64,000 bases of DNA. Source: Acidobacteriota bacterium (GTDB lineage Bacteria > Acidobacteriota > Polarisedimenticolia > QHYA01). The DNA is taken from contig QHYA01000061.1 of NCBI GenBank assembly GCA_003223995.1, positions 2,259-66,258 on the forward strand, in the 5' to 3' direction. A program made the translations under genes and the position numbers. The notes under the pieces are model-generated. The model made no database searches, was not told the origin of the DNA, and saw only the letters and a list, made by a program, of their open reading frames with translations. Positions 10,629 through 20,138 of the stretch are shown in pieces; positions within the stretch are counted from its first letter, which is position 1, and every line of letters starts with the position of its first letter.

Positions 10629-13376
10629 CTAGATCTTGTCAATGCCGGCCGGTGCCGCCTCCGGCATGAATGAGCCACGTTTCTCGGCGGCCAGCAATTC
10701 GATGTAGGCAAAGGTCTCGACAGCCTCCTTCTGGAGCCGGTCGAGGGCTTCCGCAGCCAGCGACAAGTCCTCCGCCCGGGCCATCATCTCCAGATTCCTG
10801 GCCGTCTCGGCCATCGGAAGGATTCCCAGCATCCCGGCGCTCCCCTTCAAGCCGTGGGCCTCGCGCTCGAGCTGGCTCGCGTCCGTCGCGGCGACAGCGG
10901 CCCCGATCCGCTCGATCTGACCCTCCGCCCATTCGCGGAAGAGCTCCAGCGCTTCGCGCAGAAGCTTCTCTTCCCCCAGATGGCGCTCGAGGGCGCCCTC
11001 CCAGTCGATGAAGGGCGGCCGCTCCTGCGCCCCGTCGGCGTCCCGGGATCGCCCAGCCGAGCCGGCGCCGGCAGGCTCCGTCCGACAAGCGACCGGAGAT
11101 CCCGCATCTACAGCCGTGCCGGGAGACCCCGCCCCCGAGAGCGGAAGGTACTTCTGGAGGAGAGCGTCCAGATCCGCGGGCTGAAACGGCTTCGACAGTT
11201 GTTCGTTCATTCCGGCGAGAAGGAATCGGCTGCGGTCGCCGGCGAGAACGTGGGCCGTCATCGCGATGACGGGCAGGTCGCGCCACCGCGAGTCGGATCG
11301 GAGCCGTCTCGTAGCCTGGAGCCCATCCATCTCCGGCATTTGCACATCCATCAGCACCAGATCGAACTCCTGGCGCTCGAGCGCCTGCAGTGCCTGCCGG
11401 CCGGTTTCCACGATGACCACCTCGTGTCCGCGGTGCCGCAGCAGCATCTCGGCAACGCGCTGATTGACCGGGCTGTCCTCGGCCACGAGGATGCGTCCCC
11501 TTCGGGTCGCGCTCCTGCGCGCGCTGTACTGGGTCACGATCCGCTCGGGTCCGCCGAAAACAGCGAGAGACAGCGCTCCGCGGATCACCTGCTGGAGCTG
11601 AGAGGACTTGATCGGCTTGGTCATGTATCCAGCGCAGCCCGCATCTCGGGCCCGCGCCGCGTCTCCGCGGATGCCGAAGCTGCTGAGCATGAGGACCATG
11701 GCGTCGGACATTGCCGGATCCGCCCGTATCTCGCGCGTCGCGGCGAAACCGTCCATTCCGGGCAGCCCCATATCCATCAAGACCACCCGGAAGGGATCCG
11801 AGGTTCGGGCGGCCTCTCTCATCAGCGGCAGGGCGTCCTCACCCGTCGTGACGGATTCCGGCCTGCAGCCCCACGATTGCAGGACCTCCTGCAGGAACCT
11901 GCGGCTGGTCTCGCTGTCGTCCACGACGAGCGCCTTGACGCCCGACAGCTCGACCCCGCAGGGGACCGGCTCGTCCTCCTCCGCCAGCTCCATGGGGGCC
12001 ACGAGAGTGAAAGCGCTCCCCTTCCCCGGCCGGCTTTCCAGCTCGATGCGCCCGTCCATCATGAGGGCAATCTCCCGAACGATCGCCAGACCCAGCCCGG
12101 TCCCGCCGTATTTCCGCGTCGTGTCGGGCTCGGCCTGAGAGAAGGGCTCGAAGATCCTTTCCTGCTCCTCGCCGCCGATGCCGATTCCGGTGTCCCTGAC
12201 CGCGAAGCGAAGCACCGGCTTGCCGTCCCTCGCTCCCTCGGCCGAGACCCGCACGACCACCTCTCCCGCCTCGGTGAACTTCAGGGCGTTGGAGACGAGG
12301 TTGACCAGGACCTGCCTCAGCCTCCCAGGGTCCCCATTCAGGCGGCGGGGCACGCCGGTATCGATCCCGCAAACAAGCTCCAGCCCCTTCCTGGCCGCCT
12401 GCTCGGCAAACTGGTCCACAAGGGAGTCGAGCATGTCCCCCAGGTCGAATTCCGTCTTCTCGAGGCGCATTTTCCCCGCCTCGATCTTCGAGAAGTCGAG
12501 GATGTCGTTGATGAGTTGGAGGAGGACATCGCCGGAGTTCTTGAGCATATCGAGGTACTGGCGCTGCTCGTCGGTCACGTCCGTCTCGAAGAGAAGGTTC
12601 GTGATTCCGATGATGCCGCTCATCGGCGTGCGGATCTCGTGGCTGACACTCGCGGCGAAGCGCTGCTTCACCCTCGCGGCCTCCTCCGCCGTCAGCTTCG
12701 CTTGCTCGAGCCGGTGGTTGGCCTCGATGAGAGCCTGCCGGCCGGCCTCCAGCTCGTACTCGTCGCGCAGGTGATGCCTGCGGCCGCGGTTGATCTGGAT
12801 GGCCGTGCCGGCCGAGAGGAGGAACAGCATGGCCACGACGGCGGCGACCCGCACGCCTCCCAACTCGCTCGGCCTGACCAGTATCGCGGCGGTCAGGCTG
12901 AGCGCCAGTGGAACCGAGAAGAGCATGAAAGCGTGGATGCTGGCTTCCAGCGTCGCGGCGGCCATCACCATCAGACCCGCGAGCACGAGCACCAGTACCA
13001 TCTCGTCACGCGTGCCAGCGGTTCGAAGGCCGAATCCGGCGGCGGCGGCCCAGGCGCAGCCGGTCGCCGCGCAGGCCGCGAGGAAGAGCTTGCGGGCGCT
13101 TGCCGGGCGCAAAGCGCCCACGGCGAAGCGTACGCAGACGACGAGCCCCCCACCGGCGACGGCAACGACGAGACAGATGCTGGCCAGAACGGCAAGTCCC
13201 GGCAGCTCCGTCAGCAGCAGCAGCCCCGTCGCGGAGGCGGCCAGGACCTGCATGATGCTCGCGGCGCGGCCCCGCTGCAGGAGCACGGGGAGAAGGTCGT
13301 CCCGAAGCCGGGATGCCAGATCGTCTTCCGGGCCGGCCACCTGAGGTAATTTCCCCTCCACGGCTGTTCGCCGCAC
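10629..13376 (-). CDS. Hybrid sensor histidine kinase (multi-TM sensor, HisKA, HATPase, two receivers, HPt); start uncertain
   Basis: SHEIRTP H-box, NLVSNALKFT N-box, DTGIG and GGTGLGL G-boxes, two REC domains (LMDMGLP, LMDVQMP), AHGLKGSAG HPt. Confidence 0.95.
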   Translation of the reverse strand: MRRTAVEGKLPQVAGPEDDLASRLRDDLLPVLLQRGRAASIMQVLAASATGLLLLTELPGLAVLASICLVVAVAGGGLVVCVRFAVGALRPASARKLFLAACAATGCAWAAAAGFGLRTAGTRDEMVLVLVLAGLMVMAAATLEASIHAFMLFSVPLALSLTAAILVRPSELGGVRVAAVVAMLFLLSAGTAIQINRGRRHHLRDEYELEAGRQALIEANHRLEQAKLTAEEAARVKQRFAASVSHEIRTPMSGIIGITNLLFETDVTDEQRQYLDMLKNSGDVLLQLINDILDFSKIEAGKMRLEKTEFDLGDMLDSLVDQFAEQAARKGLELVCGIDTGVPRRLNGDPGRLRQVLVNLVSNALKFTEAGEVVVRVSAEGARDGKPVLRFAVRDTGIGIGGEEQERIFEPFSQAEPDTTRKYGGTGLGLAIVREIALMMDGRIELESRPGKGSAFTLVAPMELAEEDEPVPCGVELSGVKALVVDDSETSRRFLQEVLQSWGCRPESVTTGEDALPLMREAARTSDPFRVVLMDMGLPGMDGFAATREIRADPAMSDAMVLMLSSFGIRGDAARARDAGCAGYMTKPIKSSQLQQVIRGALSLAVFGGPERIVTQYSARRSATRRGRILVAEDSPVNQRVAEMLLRHRGHEVVIVETGRQALQALERQEFDLVLMDVQMPEMDGLQATRRLRSDSRWRDLPVIAMTAHVLAGDRSRFLLAGMNEQLSKPFQPADLDALLQKYLPLSGAGSPGTAVDAGSPVACRTEPAGAGSAGRSRDADGAQERPPFIDWEGALERHLGEEKLLREALELFREWAEGQIERIGAAVAATDASQLEREAHGLKGSAGMLGILPMAETARNLEMMARAEDLSLAAEALDRLQKEAVETFAYIELLAAEKRGSFMPEAAPAGIDKI

Positions 13377-13527
13377 AGGCCCGTGCAGCTTCTCCGGGCT
13401 GCTAGGTCAAGCTTGTGGCCTCTCCGAGCGGAGCTGCCTGGTGCAAACATGGGGCGCATCCCAGGGGTTGTCCAGCAACTGCCGGGGCCACTCTCCAGCG
13501 AAATAGGCTCCCAGAACCGGTTTCCCC

Positions 13528-13555
13528 TTGACCCGGCGGGGTTTCGCCGTAGAGT
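13528..13555 (+). promoter_or_regulatory. Possible sigma70-type promoter for the 13580 gene
   Basis: TTGACC-16 nt-TAGAGT. Confidence 0.4.
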
Positions 13556-13579
13556 CAAGAGGACACAGCGGGGGGCTGC

Positions 13580-13999
13580 GTGACCAGGGACGCAAAGACT
13601 CTCGGCGGGCTCATCGAGGAATGCGCTAGACGGACTGGAGCACCGAGGTCCGTCGTCGAGATGGTCCGACTGCTTTTCTCCATGAAGGGGGTCTCCCTCG
13701 AGGCGGACCCGGAGCCCTACATGGCCGACCTCGAAGAGTTCTTCCCGGCCGGCGTCAGGTTCTACGTCGAAGAATCGTTCCACCGAAAGGAAGACCGAGC
13801 AGGGTCTCCCGAGACATTCTCGCCTGGCTCCTTGCAGCCGCTCCCCCTTCCCGGGGTGTTAGAGAGCCGGCTGGAGAGGCTCAGGATTCGGGCGGCCAGG
13901 ATAATGACCCCGCCGCCTCGCCGGCCTTTCAAGGCCCGCGCACGTGTCCCCGGACTCGGAGAAGTCATCCTCGTCCCCGGCCCAGAAGATCTTCAATAG
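13580..13999 (+). CDS. Hypothetical protein
   Basis: 139-aa ORF filling the gap between opposite-strand genes, with a promoter-like sequence upstream. Confidence 0.55.
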   Translation: MTRDAKTLGGLIEECARRTGAPRSVVEMVRLLFSMKGVSLEADPEPYMADLEEFFPAGVRFYVEESFHRKEDRAGSPETFSPGSLQPLPLPGVLESRLERLRIRAARIMTPPPRRPFKARARVPGLGEVILVPGPEDLQ

Positions 14000-14046
14000 C
14001 GGTCGGCCCTTCCGATTCATCTCCCGGAAGGCGGCTCGGCGGAGCT

Positions 14047-14733
14047 CTAGCTGCCGGCGAGCGCGCCGTGCCCGGCCTTCATCCGGCCGACTCGATCCTC
14101 GAACTCCTTGAGGTGCTCGAAAGAAGGGTTGAGGGCGCGCAGTTGTCCCAGGGACTGCTCTGCGGAGGCAGCGTCGCCCAGCTCGAGCGCGGCGACCACT
14201 GAATAGGCGGCTGCGGGCCAGAATTTCGGGTCGTGCCGCATCGCCTCACGGCACTTCTCCAGAGCTTCCTTCGGCTGCCGGAGGTTCAGCAGGCAAAGCC
14301 CCAGCGAGGTCCAGGCCTCGGCATCGTGCGGGTTCACTTCGACCGCTTGCTGGTAGTACTGCCTGGACTGCTCGTACTTGCCGGCGCTCGTGTAAAGCTC
14401 TCCGAGCTGCATCAGCGCCGCGAAGTTCTTCGGGTCCTTGGCAATGGCCTCCTTGAGCCGGCTGATCTCCTGGAGCACCTTGCCCATCGCAGCCATCCCC
14501 GCCGGGCCTGCAGCCATGCCCGGATCCATGCCGCCCGTCGATGGGGCCGGGCCGGGAGATCCCTCCCCTTCCGGCAGACTTCCCGGAGTCCCTGCGAGGC
14601 TCCCCGCGATCGATGGGCTTGCGGGAGGAACCGCCAGCACGCCCGGCTTGAAGAAGACGAAACCGAGCAGCAACCCCGTCACCAGCCCGAAGACGATCCC
14701 TCCCAGCAGGAAAGCTCCCTGTTCCCGGTTCAA
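14047..14733 (-). CDS. Membrane-anchored TPR protein (architecture like CcmH/CycH-type TPR proteins)
   Basis: TTG 14733 with GGAG RBS; N-terminal TM helix, Pro/Gly/Met linker, three TPR-like repeats. Confidence 0.75.
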   Translation of the reverse strand: MNREQGAFLLGGIVFGLVTGLLLGFVFFKPGVLAVPPASPSIAGSLAGTPGSLPEGEGSPGPAPSTGGMDPGMAAGPAGMAAMGKVLQEISRLKEAIAKDPKNFAALMQLGELYTSAGKYEQSRQYYQQAVEVNPHDAEAWTSLGLCLLNLRQPKEALEKCREAMRHDPKFWPAAAYSVVAALELGDAASAEQSLGQLRALNPSFEHLKEFEDRVGRMKAGHGALAGS

Positions 14734-14860
14734 TCGGTCTCCCGCCAGACAGGCCGTCCGATCCGCAGCCACCGTGTACCGCTCACACAGAAAACCACCT
14801 TCACGGGCGATGCCCGATCCGAGAGAAAACGCAGCAATTCGAAGATCGCGCGAGGCGAGT

Positions 14861-16600
14861 CTATCGACTGGCCCGGAGAGCGTCAACCGAACGAAAGGTC
14901 TCGTCTCCTTCGACGATGGCGATCGCGCGACGGGCGGGAAGGTCGTGGAAGGCCTGCTTGAGGCCCGAGGGCCAGGTGACCTCCAATGAATCCGCCTTGT
15001 CAGCGGAGTAGAGTCCGAAGGTGACGGCCTTCTCGCTCTGGGAGCAATATGAGGACGCTCCCCTGAGGTCGCGCCGGAGCGTCCGGCCTCTCACGGTCAG
15101 AACCAGCTCGGCGCCGAAGGCATCGCGGGCGCTCTTCCTGCCTTCCAGCATCACCCGGAGCCAGGAGGAAGCATTTCCGCCGTCGTTGCGCAGCAGGTAG
15201 GCGGGACCCCCATTCGTGGTCAAGAGGATGTCCATGTCACCGTCGCCGTCGTAGTCCCCGGCGGCGGCGCCTCGGGCGACGATCAGTCTCTGGAACGGAG
15301 TTCCCGCGCGGGGCGAGGTTTCCTCGAACCTGCCTCCGCTGAGGTTGCGGAAGAGGTGCGGCTTCTCCGCGTAGGTGACATCCTTTTGCACGGCATTGAT
15401 GTCCGGCTCGACATGGCCGTTCGCAACGAAGATGTCGGGCAGTCCGTCGAGGTCGTAGTCGAAGAAGAACGTGCCGAAAGCGAGCGTCAGCAGGCTGGGG
15501 GGGCCGATGCCGGCCGAGGCGGCGTCGTCCACATACAGGTTCCCCCCCTCGTTGTGGTAGAGGGCGACCATCTCGTTGGAGAAGTTTCCGATGACCAGCG
15601 ACTCCCGGCCGGATAAGTCGTAGTCCGCAGCGTCGATCCCCATGGCGCCCCTCGCCACGCCGGCCTCCGAGAAGGCGATCCCGACCTCGCGGCCGATCTC
15701 CCGGAACGTCCCGTCGCCGTTGTTTCTGTAGAGGTAGTTGGGCTGCGTGTCGTTGGCCACGGCGATGTCGGGCAACCCGTCGCCGTCGTGATCGAAGACG
15801 ACCACCCCCAGGGACTTCCCGCTCTCGTTGTATATCCCCGCCTTCTTGGAGACATCCTCGAAGGTCCCGTCGCCCCGGTTCCTGAACAACCGGTTCGTCG
15901 CGCCATGGTAGGACTCGGGGGTGCAGTAAGACTTGTGGGTGCCGTCGAGCGTGCAGAACAGGTCCGTCTCGGAAGTCCAGGCGACGTAGTTGCAAACGAA
16001 CAGATCCAGAAAGCCGTCGCGATCGTAGTCGAGAAACGTCGCGCTGGAACCGAACGCGGGATCGGATACGCCCGCCCGGGCGGTGACGTCCTCGAACGTG
16101 CCGTCTCCTCTGTTGCGGAAGAGGTGATCCAGCCCGAGAGCGTTCAGGAAGATGTCGGGATGGCCATCGTTGTCGTAATCACCCACCGCGACGCCCAGAC
16201 CGTACGACTCCACGGCGAGATGGGCCTTCGCGGTGACGTTTTCGAATGTCCCGTCGCCCCGGTTGCGGTAGAGAGCAGGCAGGGTGGGTCCGGACCTCTT
16301 TCGCCGCGCCAAGGGGCATGAGTTGACGAGGAAGATGTCCAGCCGCCCGTCGCCGTCGTAGTCGAGGAAGGCGCAGCCGGCCCCCATCGTTTCCGGAAGG
16401 TATTTCTTTCCGAACGCTCCTGTCTCGTGCTCGAAAGCGATGCCCGCCTCACGAGTCACATCGGCGAAGGTCACGACCGGAGCTGGAGCCGTCTCCGCCG
16501 CCTTCGAGCCGCTGGCCGGCTTGCCAGCCGAGCAGGCAGCGCCGAGAAGGACAAGGGAAACGCAGCAGAGACCTGCAGTGGCTCTAGCGTGACCGCTCAC
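14861..16600 (-). CDS. CRTAC1-family lipoprotein (FG-GAP repeats + ASPIC/UnbV domain)
   Basis: Repeated DYDxDGxxD and NRGDGTFEDV motifs; C-terminal SYCSQSE...FGL...VTWPSG; lipobox LGAAC. Confidence 0.92.
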   Translation of the reverse strand: MSGHARATAGLCCVSLVLLGAACSAGKPASGSKAAETAPAPVVTFADVTREAGIAFEHETGAFGKKYLPETMGAGCAFLDYDGDGRLDIFLVNSCPLARRKRSGPTLPALYRNRGDGTFENVTAKAHLAVESYGLGVAVGDYDNDGHPDIFLNALGLDHLFRNRGDGTFEDVTARAGVSDPAFGSSATFLDYDRDGFLDLFVCNYVAWTSETDLFCTLDGTHKSYCTPESYHGATNRLFRNRGDGTFEDVSKKAGIYNESGKSLGVVVFDHDGDGLPDIAVANDTQPNYLYRNNGDGTFREIGREVGIAFSEAGVARGAMGIDAADYDLSGRESLVIGNFSNEMVALYHNEGGNLYVDDAASAGIGPPSLLTLAFGTFFFDYDLDGLPDIFVANGHVEPDINAVQKDVTYAEKPHLFRNLSGGRFEETSPRAGTPFQRLIVARGAAAGDYDGDGDMDILLTTNGGPAYLLRNDGGNASSWLRVMLEGRKSARDAFGAELVLTVRGRTLRRDLRGASSYCSQSEKAVTFGLYSADKADSLEVTWPSGLKQAFHDLPARRAIAIVEGDETFRSVDALRASR

Positions 16601-19600
16601 CGGGAGGTATCCGCTCCTTTCGGTGTGGGAATCGCCGTCGGAGCGATTGGCGCAGTGGTCGCGGGGCCGATCCTTGCGGAAACCGGCGGGGCAGGATTCG
16701 CGGCCGCACGAGTTTCCCGCGCGGGGGCCGTCGCCTGCGGACGCCCCTGATTGACGCCGCTCGCCGCAGCAAGGTTCAGCGGCGTCCAGGTCGAGTCGTG
16801 CTCGTGGATGGCCTGGCGCTCACGGTTGTCGTCCGGGTTCAGGAGGCGGAACGCTCCCGTCAGGAACTGGGAGCTCTCATCCGCCTTGAAGCGCGCATAG
16901 AGCTGCTCGTGGGTTTTCGCCATCGCTTCGTCGTGCAGCCCACGGTAGCAGAGCATGAGATTGTAGTGCGCCGTCAGGTCCTCGGCATCCACTGCGAGGG
17001 TCCGCTTGAAGGCCTCGACCGCGTCGCCGAACTGCCTCTTGAGGAACAGGATCCTCCCGATGGCGTTCAGAACGACCCGATCGCGCGGAAAGGCAGCCGC
17101 GGCCTTCCGCAGCTCTCCGAGGGCCTCGTCATAGCGGCCAAACGAGCGCAGGGCGACGCCGCGGAAGTAGTGGGCCTTCGGCAGGGCCGGATCGACCTTC
17201 AGCGCCCGGTCCAGGTGCTCCAGCGCCCGGGAGTGGTCCCCCTCCTCGACGGCGACCCGGGCCCTGTTCACCCATCCATCGGCGTATCCCGGCTCCAGCT
17301 CGGCCACTTTCGTGAAGGCGTCATCAGCTCCCTTGAAGTCCTTCTGGAGGAGAAGACCGATGCCGTAGTCGTTCCACCGTTCCCGGTCCTTCGCGTTCGG
17401 GGCGGGAGGCAAGGGGTTCGGCCCGACCTTCACCAACTTGGTGTCCTCGGCGACAACGATCGTGGGCAGGTCAGGAATTCCCTTGATGCTGCCAGAGACA
17501 TCCGAGGTGTCGCCTGTGAACACCCAGCGCCCGTCATCATAGTCGGCAGACAGAGCGGGCTGCGGCTGGGACGGATCCCGCATCCCCGCGAAGGAGAACC
17601 TCGTGTAGAACCAACTGAACTTCCGGTAGTTCATCCGGGCAGTGAGCTTCACGGGACCCGCAACATCCCGCGGCAGGCGCAGGCGGAAGTGCGCCGTGTC
17701 GGCCGCCCCCGGGGGGATGAGACGGACGTAGGCGATCGCTCGCGCTGCCCAGGCGTTTCTCTTGTTGATCCGGTTGCCGTGCTCGTCGAGCAGCAGGGAC
17801 TTGTAGAAGTGAGCGCCCGGATCGACAGGCCCCTTCCCCTCATCGGCGATCCAGCCGCTCCAGTAGAGGACCCGCCCGGCAGCGTCCTCGGCCTTCAACT
17901 CGAGCCAGACGTCGAAGGCGTCTACGGTCCCTCCGGGGAAGAAGTGTCCGATCTTCCGGGTCCTCGCAACGACGTCCACCCGGACCGTGGAGCCGGCTCG
18001 GGCCGCTGCTTCGGCCCTCTCGATGGGGGCGATGATCTCGCGGGGCGCGGCGGCCGGGGCGGCCCCCATGCCTCCTCCGAACCCTCCCTCCTCCGGGAAC
18101 ATCGACTGGGCGGCAGGGGGCGTTTCCGTCGTGGATCGGGCTGCCGGCCCCCCCCGCGACTTCCGGGATGGATTCGAGACGGGGGCCGATATCTCCGGCT
18201 CCTCCGACACCGCGAAGATGTCGAGGGTGAGGATGCCGTTCTGGAGGAAGTTCTTCACCGTCTCGAACTGGACCTTGTCCCCGTTCGCAAGCGGCAGGGC
18301 CGTGTTGGCGGCGGGGAAGCGATGGCTGTGAACGAATCCGTTGATGTTCGCCATGTCGTTCGACTTCACGAGGGGCATGTGGCAGGAGCCGCACTTCTTG
18401 GGGCCGTCGGGAGGATAGTAGAAAGCGCGCGCTCCCTGGCCCGAAACGCCGCTCTGCTGCCAGGCATCATAGTCGTTGAACCCGCGGAACCAGCGGTAGT
18501 GGTTGACCGGAACATCGAGATGGACTTTGTGACAGGAGGAGCAGAACTCCGGCGTGGAACTGCGATGGAAGGGCTTCAGCATCGTCTGCTTGTGCGGCGC
18601 AGGGTCGAGGCGGACCATGAAGTCGTGAAGGTGTCGCAGGTAGGGGTTCTCGCTCGCCACGAGCCGGTGCATCTCCGGATACTCCAGCGTGAAGCCCCCC
18701 TGCCCCATGGTGTCGGAGACATGAACGATGGAGTGGCAGACGAGGCATGCGATCCCGGCCTGGGCCTGAGGCGTGTGGATCTGCTGCTTGATCGGCGTGT
18801 CCATCCGGCCTGTCAAGAGGACCGCCATGTCGTGGCAGCCGCCGCACCACTTGGAGGGCTTGGTGCCGATGACGTCCTGCATGTATTCGACAGACTTGCG
18901 GTACCACTGGTTGTTGAAGGAGGAGAAGTGGTGGGCCGAGGACTCCCACTGGGCCGTGATGTCGGGATGGCATCCTTTGTTCCCGCAGGCCTTCGACTCC
19001 AGGAAAAAATCGGAGGGGATGAGCTTGCCGGAAGCGGTCTTGTTGGACGACGGAAAATAAGGACTGTCCCTGCCCCCTCCCTCCTCATTAGGGGTCAACG
19101 GCGGCAGGGACGGATTCGTGATGGTCGAAACATGGACGGGGCGGAGCCACTCGTGGCCGCGCACCGCAAGCGGGAACAGCATGACGACGCCAACGAGGGC
19201 GGCGACCGTGCGGGGGCGATGAGTGCCTCCCGCGCCCCAGGAGACACGCGAGGCAAGGACGGCAAGGCTGGCGAGAAAAGCGACGGCCCCCGCCTCGTGC
19301 ACCCGCAGCTTCCACAGGTGCGGGGAGGCCGTGCCGACCTTGATGAGCCAGATCCCCGTCGTTCCCATGACAATCGAGGCGACCACGAAGATGGCGGTGG
19401 TGAAGGGGTGGGGGTGGGCCTCGCCTGCCGGGTCTCGCTCGCCCTCGCCCACCTTCCCTTGCAGCCACCGGATCGCGATGAGCAGCAGCGCTCCGACCAG
19501 CAGCACGCCCAGCACGACATGTGCGACCACGTTCGCGTGGTAGAAGATGGTTGGGCTGTCGAATGCGGCGAGATAGGAGGCGTTGAGGGCTATGAAGGCC

Positions 19601-19671
19601 ACAAGCCCCGCGAAGAGAATCCGTCTCCCCATCCCCTCTCCGCTTGTGGAAGGATGTCCGGTAGAGTTCAT
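16597..19671 (-). CDS. Membrane-bound multiheme c-type cytochrome with C-terminal TPR repeats (alternative start 19632)
   Basis: About five N-terminal TM helices; CxxCH at CGGCH, CLVCH, CSSCH, CGSCH plus CGNKGCH; TPR array; GTGA overlap with the CRTAC1 gene. Confidence 0.9.
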   Translation of the reverse strand: MNSTGHPSTSGEGMGRRILFAGLVAFIALNASYLAAFDSPTIFYHANVVAHVVLGVLLVGALLLIAIRWLQGKVGEGERDPAGEAHPHPFTTAIFVVASIVMGTTGIWLIKVGTASPHLWKLRVHEAGAVAFLASLAVLASRVSWGAGGTHRPRTVAALVGVVMLFPLAVRGHEWLRPVHVSTITNPSLPPLTPNEEGGGRDSPYFPSSNKTASGKLIPSDFFLESKACGNKGCHPDITAQWESSAHHFSSFNNQWYRKSVEYMQDVIGTKPSKWCGGCHDMAVLLTGRMDTPIKQQIHTPQAQAGIACLVCHSIVHVSDTMGQGGFTLEYPEMHRLVASENPYLRHLHDFMVRLDPAPHKQTMLKPFHRSSTPEFCSSCHKVHLDVPVNHYRWFRGFNDYDAWQQSGVSGQGARAFYYPPDGPKKCGSCHMPLVKSNDMANINGFVHSHRFPAANTALPLANGDKVQFETVKNFLQNGILTLDIFAVSEEPEISAPVSNPSRKSRGGPAARSTTETPPAAQSMFPEEGGFGGGMGAAPAAAPREIIAPIERAEAAARAGSTVRVDVVARTRKIGHFFPGGTVDAFDVWLELKAEDAAGRVLYWSGWIADEGKGPVDPGAHFYKSLLLDEHGNRINKRNAWAARAIAYVRLIPPGAADTAHFRLRLPRDVAGPVKLTARMNYRKFSWFYTRFSFAGMRDPSQPQPALSADYDDGRWVFTGDTSDVSGSIKGIPDLPTIVVAEDTKLVKVGPNPLPPAPNAKDRERWNDYGIGLLLQKDFKGADDAFTKVAELEPGYADGWVNRARVAVEEGDHSRALEHLDRALKVDPALPKAHYFRGVALRSFGRYDEALGELRKAAAAFPRDRVVLNAIGRILFLKRQFGDAVEAFKRTLAVDAEDLTAHYNLMLCYRGLHDEAMAKTHEQLYARFKADESSQFLTGAFRLLNPDDNRERQAIHEHDSTWTPLNLAAASGVNQGRPQATAPARETRAAANPAPPVSARIGPATTAPIAPTAIPTPKGADTSR

Positions 19672-19841
19672 TGGAACCTGTGAAGTTACCCCGCCCGGGG
19701 GCCGAAATCAATCCGCCCGAGATCCCGCGGATTCCGCGTCATCCATGCATCCGACGCACACCCTTTCCATGCTCCCTGGGGAGACCTCGCCGCGAGGAAC
19801 TCCACGCCCTTGCGCACTCGTCGACTGCCAGCGAAGCGATC

Positions 19842-19857
19842 TGCCATACTCGTGCCA
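19842..19857 (-). promoter_or_regulatory. sigma54 (-24/-12) promoter upstream of the multiheme cytochrome cluster
   Basis: Minus strand TGGCACGAGTATGGCA (GG-N10-GC); imperfect palindrome CTCAAATGAG about 50 nt upstream could be an activator site. Confidence 0.6.
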
Positions 19858-20138
19858 GCCGACGGCGAGGCGCAAACCCTCGCCTCGCCCTCGCAATGAA
19901 CCGTCTCAAATGAGGAGGCGCCATCACTTGTTCTCGACCGAACTTCTCCTTGCGGTCGCCCTCGGGCGGAACGAATTCACTCCCTGAGCCCCCGCTAACC
20001 GGGAAATCCTATGAGGCCCGCTTGATTTGTATGATTGGGGGGCTTCGAAGCCCTCGGCCCTGCTCGCCGAGAGGCTCGTCATGGGCATCCTCGAGCTGGT
20101 CTCGCACCCGTGCTGATGATTCCTGAAAGGCAAGATCG

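Noticed and set aside
10854..13349. Long antisense and alternative-frame ORFs (e.g. 10854..13349+, 16798..19683+, 41425..43929-, 38665..40059+)
   Set aside because: Shadows of real genes caused by high GC3 and few stop codons; no protein motifs.
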